Source: Octopus sinensis
Lineage: Eukaryota
DNA: 64,000 nucleotides
Direction: 5' to 3'
NCBI RefSeq assembly: GCF_006345805.1
Contig: NC_043006.1
Span: forward strand, 101,742,001 to 101,806,000
Below are positions 63,491 to 64,000 of the stretch, one piece after another (the stretch's first letter is position 1; each line of letters begins with the position of its first letter). The translations under genes were made by a program, and so were the position numbers. The notes beneath the pieces were generated by a model. That model saw nothing but the letters and a program-made list of their open reading frames with translations, did no database searches and was not told where the DNA came from.

Positions 63491-64000
63491 ATAACTGTTG
63501 GATGCACATTACATCTTTTGCATCTGATGTCCTTCGTTTGCACATCCTTCACACATACTCTGCATTTCAGTGCACATTACCATCAAGCAGCATCACTCTT
63601 TGTGCAAACTTCATTCAATCTACCATTTACTCAATCTGAGTAAATAGTAGTTTGGACAATAGGTCTGTAACTATGCCAATACTTTCTAATTTCATCTAAT
63701 CTTCAGATAAACACAAACTTAAAATATTTTTAACTAAATGATCAAAGTATAATGTTAATCTCTATGCTTACTTTGATTATTAAACAGGTATATTTTCAGC
63801 TTTGCATCTCACAAATTTTTGTGCCACTTTTATGAAATATATCTTAAAAACACCCAAATATATTTGTTGTCAGCAGAGATAATGGTTCCCTAAACATTTT
63901 CAACTTCATTCTTACTCTGATTATTATGTTTTTATAGCATCCACTTTCACTTTTAATTTGGTTACCTAGGCAACAGAGACTATCGATTACTTTTATGAAA

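Overview
Eukaryotic, strongly AT-rich, repeat-dense DNA. The SINE families, RTE-type (GAT)n-tailed repeats and abundant (TA)/(CA)/(TAA) microsatellites match what I recall for Octopus; this is inference, not a database match. I can support no protein-coding gene. The long ORFs in the track are microsatellite translations (IYIY/HTHT/CVCV) or retroelement remnants, so the window is probably intergenic or inside a large intron. It holds dozens of tRNA-derived SINEs, RTE and CR1 LINE fragments, Tc1/mariner, hAT and piggyBac-type MITEs, two canonical non-autonomous Helitrons and one Helentron-type element. The main finding is a pair of unrelated, CpG-retaining small elements about 0.8 kb apart on opposite strands, each carrying a type I hammerhead ribozyme motif with a palindromic helix III. 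Element 1 (35905-36340) is a 361-nt unit plus a 75-nt terminal redundancy, flanked by a 9-13 bp target-site duplication, and its core is a U3-A8 covariant. Element 2 (about 37173-37545) lies between (TA)n tracts, has a canonical CUGAUGA core and one mismatch at the base of helix II. Both look like retrozyme or Penelope pseudo-LTR-type RNAs. Other structure includes an 83-bp-arm foldback (20686-20867), a pre-miRNA-sized hairpin (4242-4314) and a chain of at least 5 head-to-tail SINEs (12773-13910). Repeat boundaries were read by eye and are approximate unless TIRs or TSDs are quoted.
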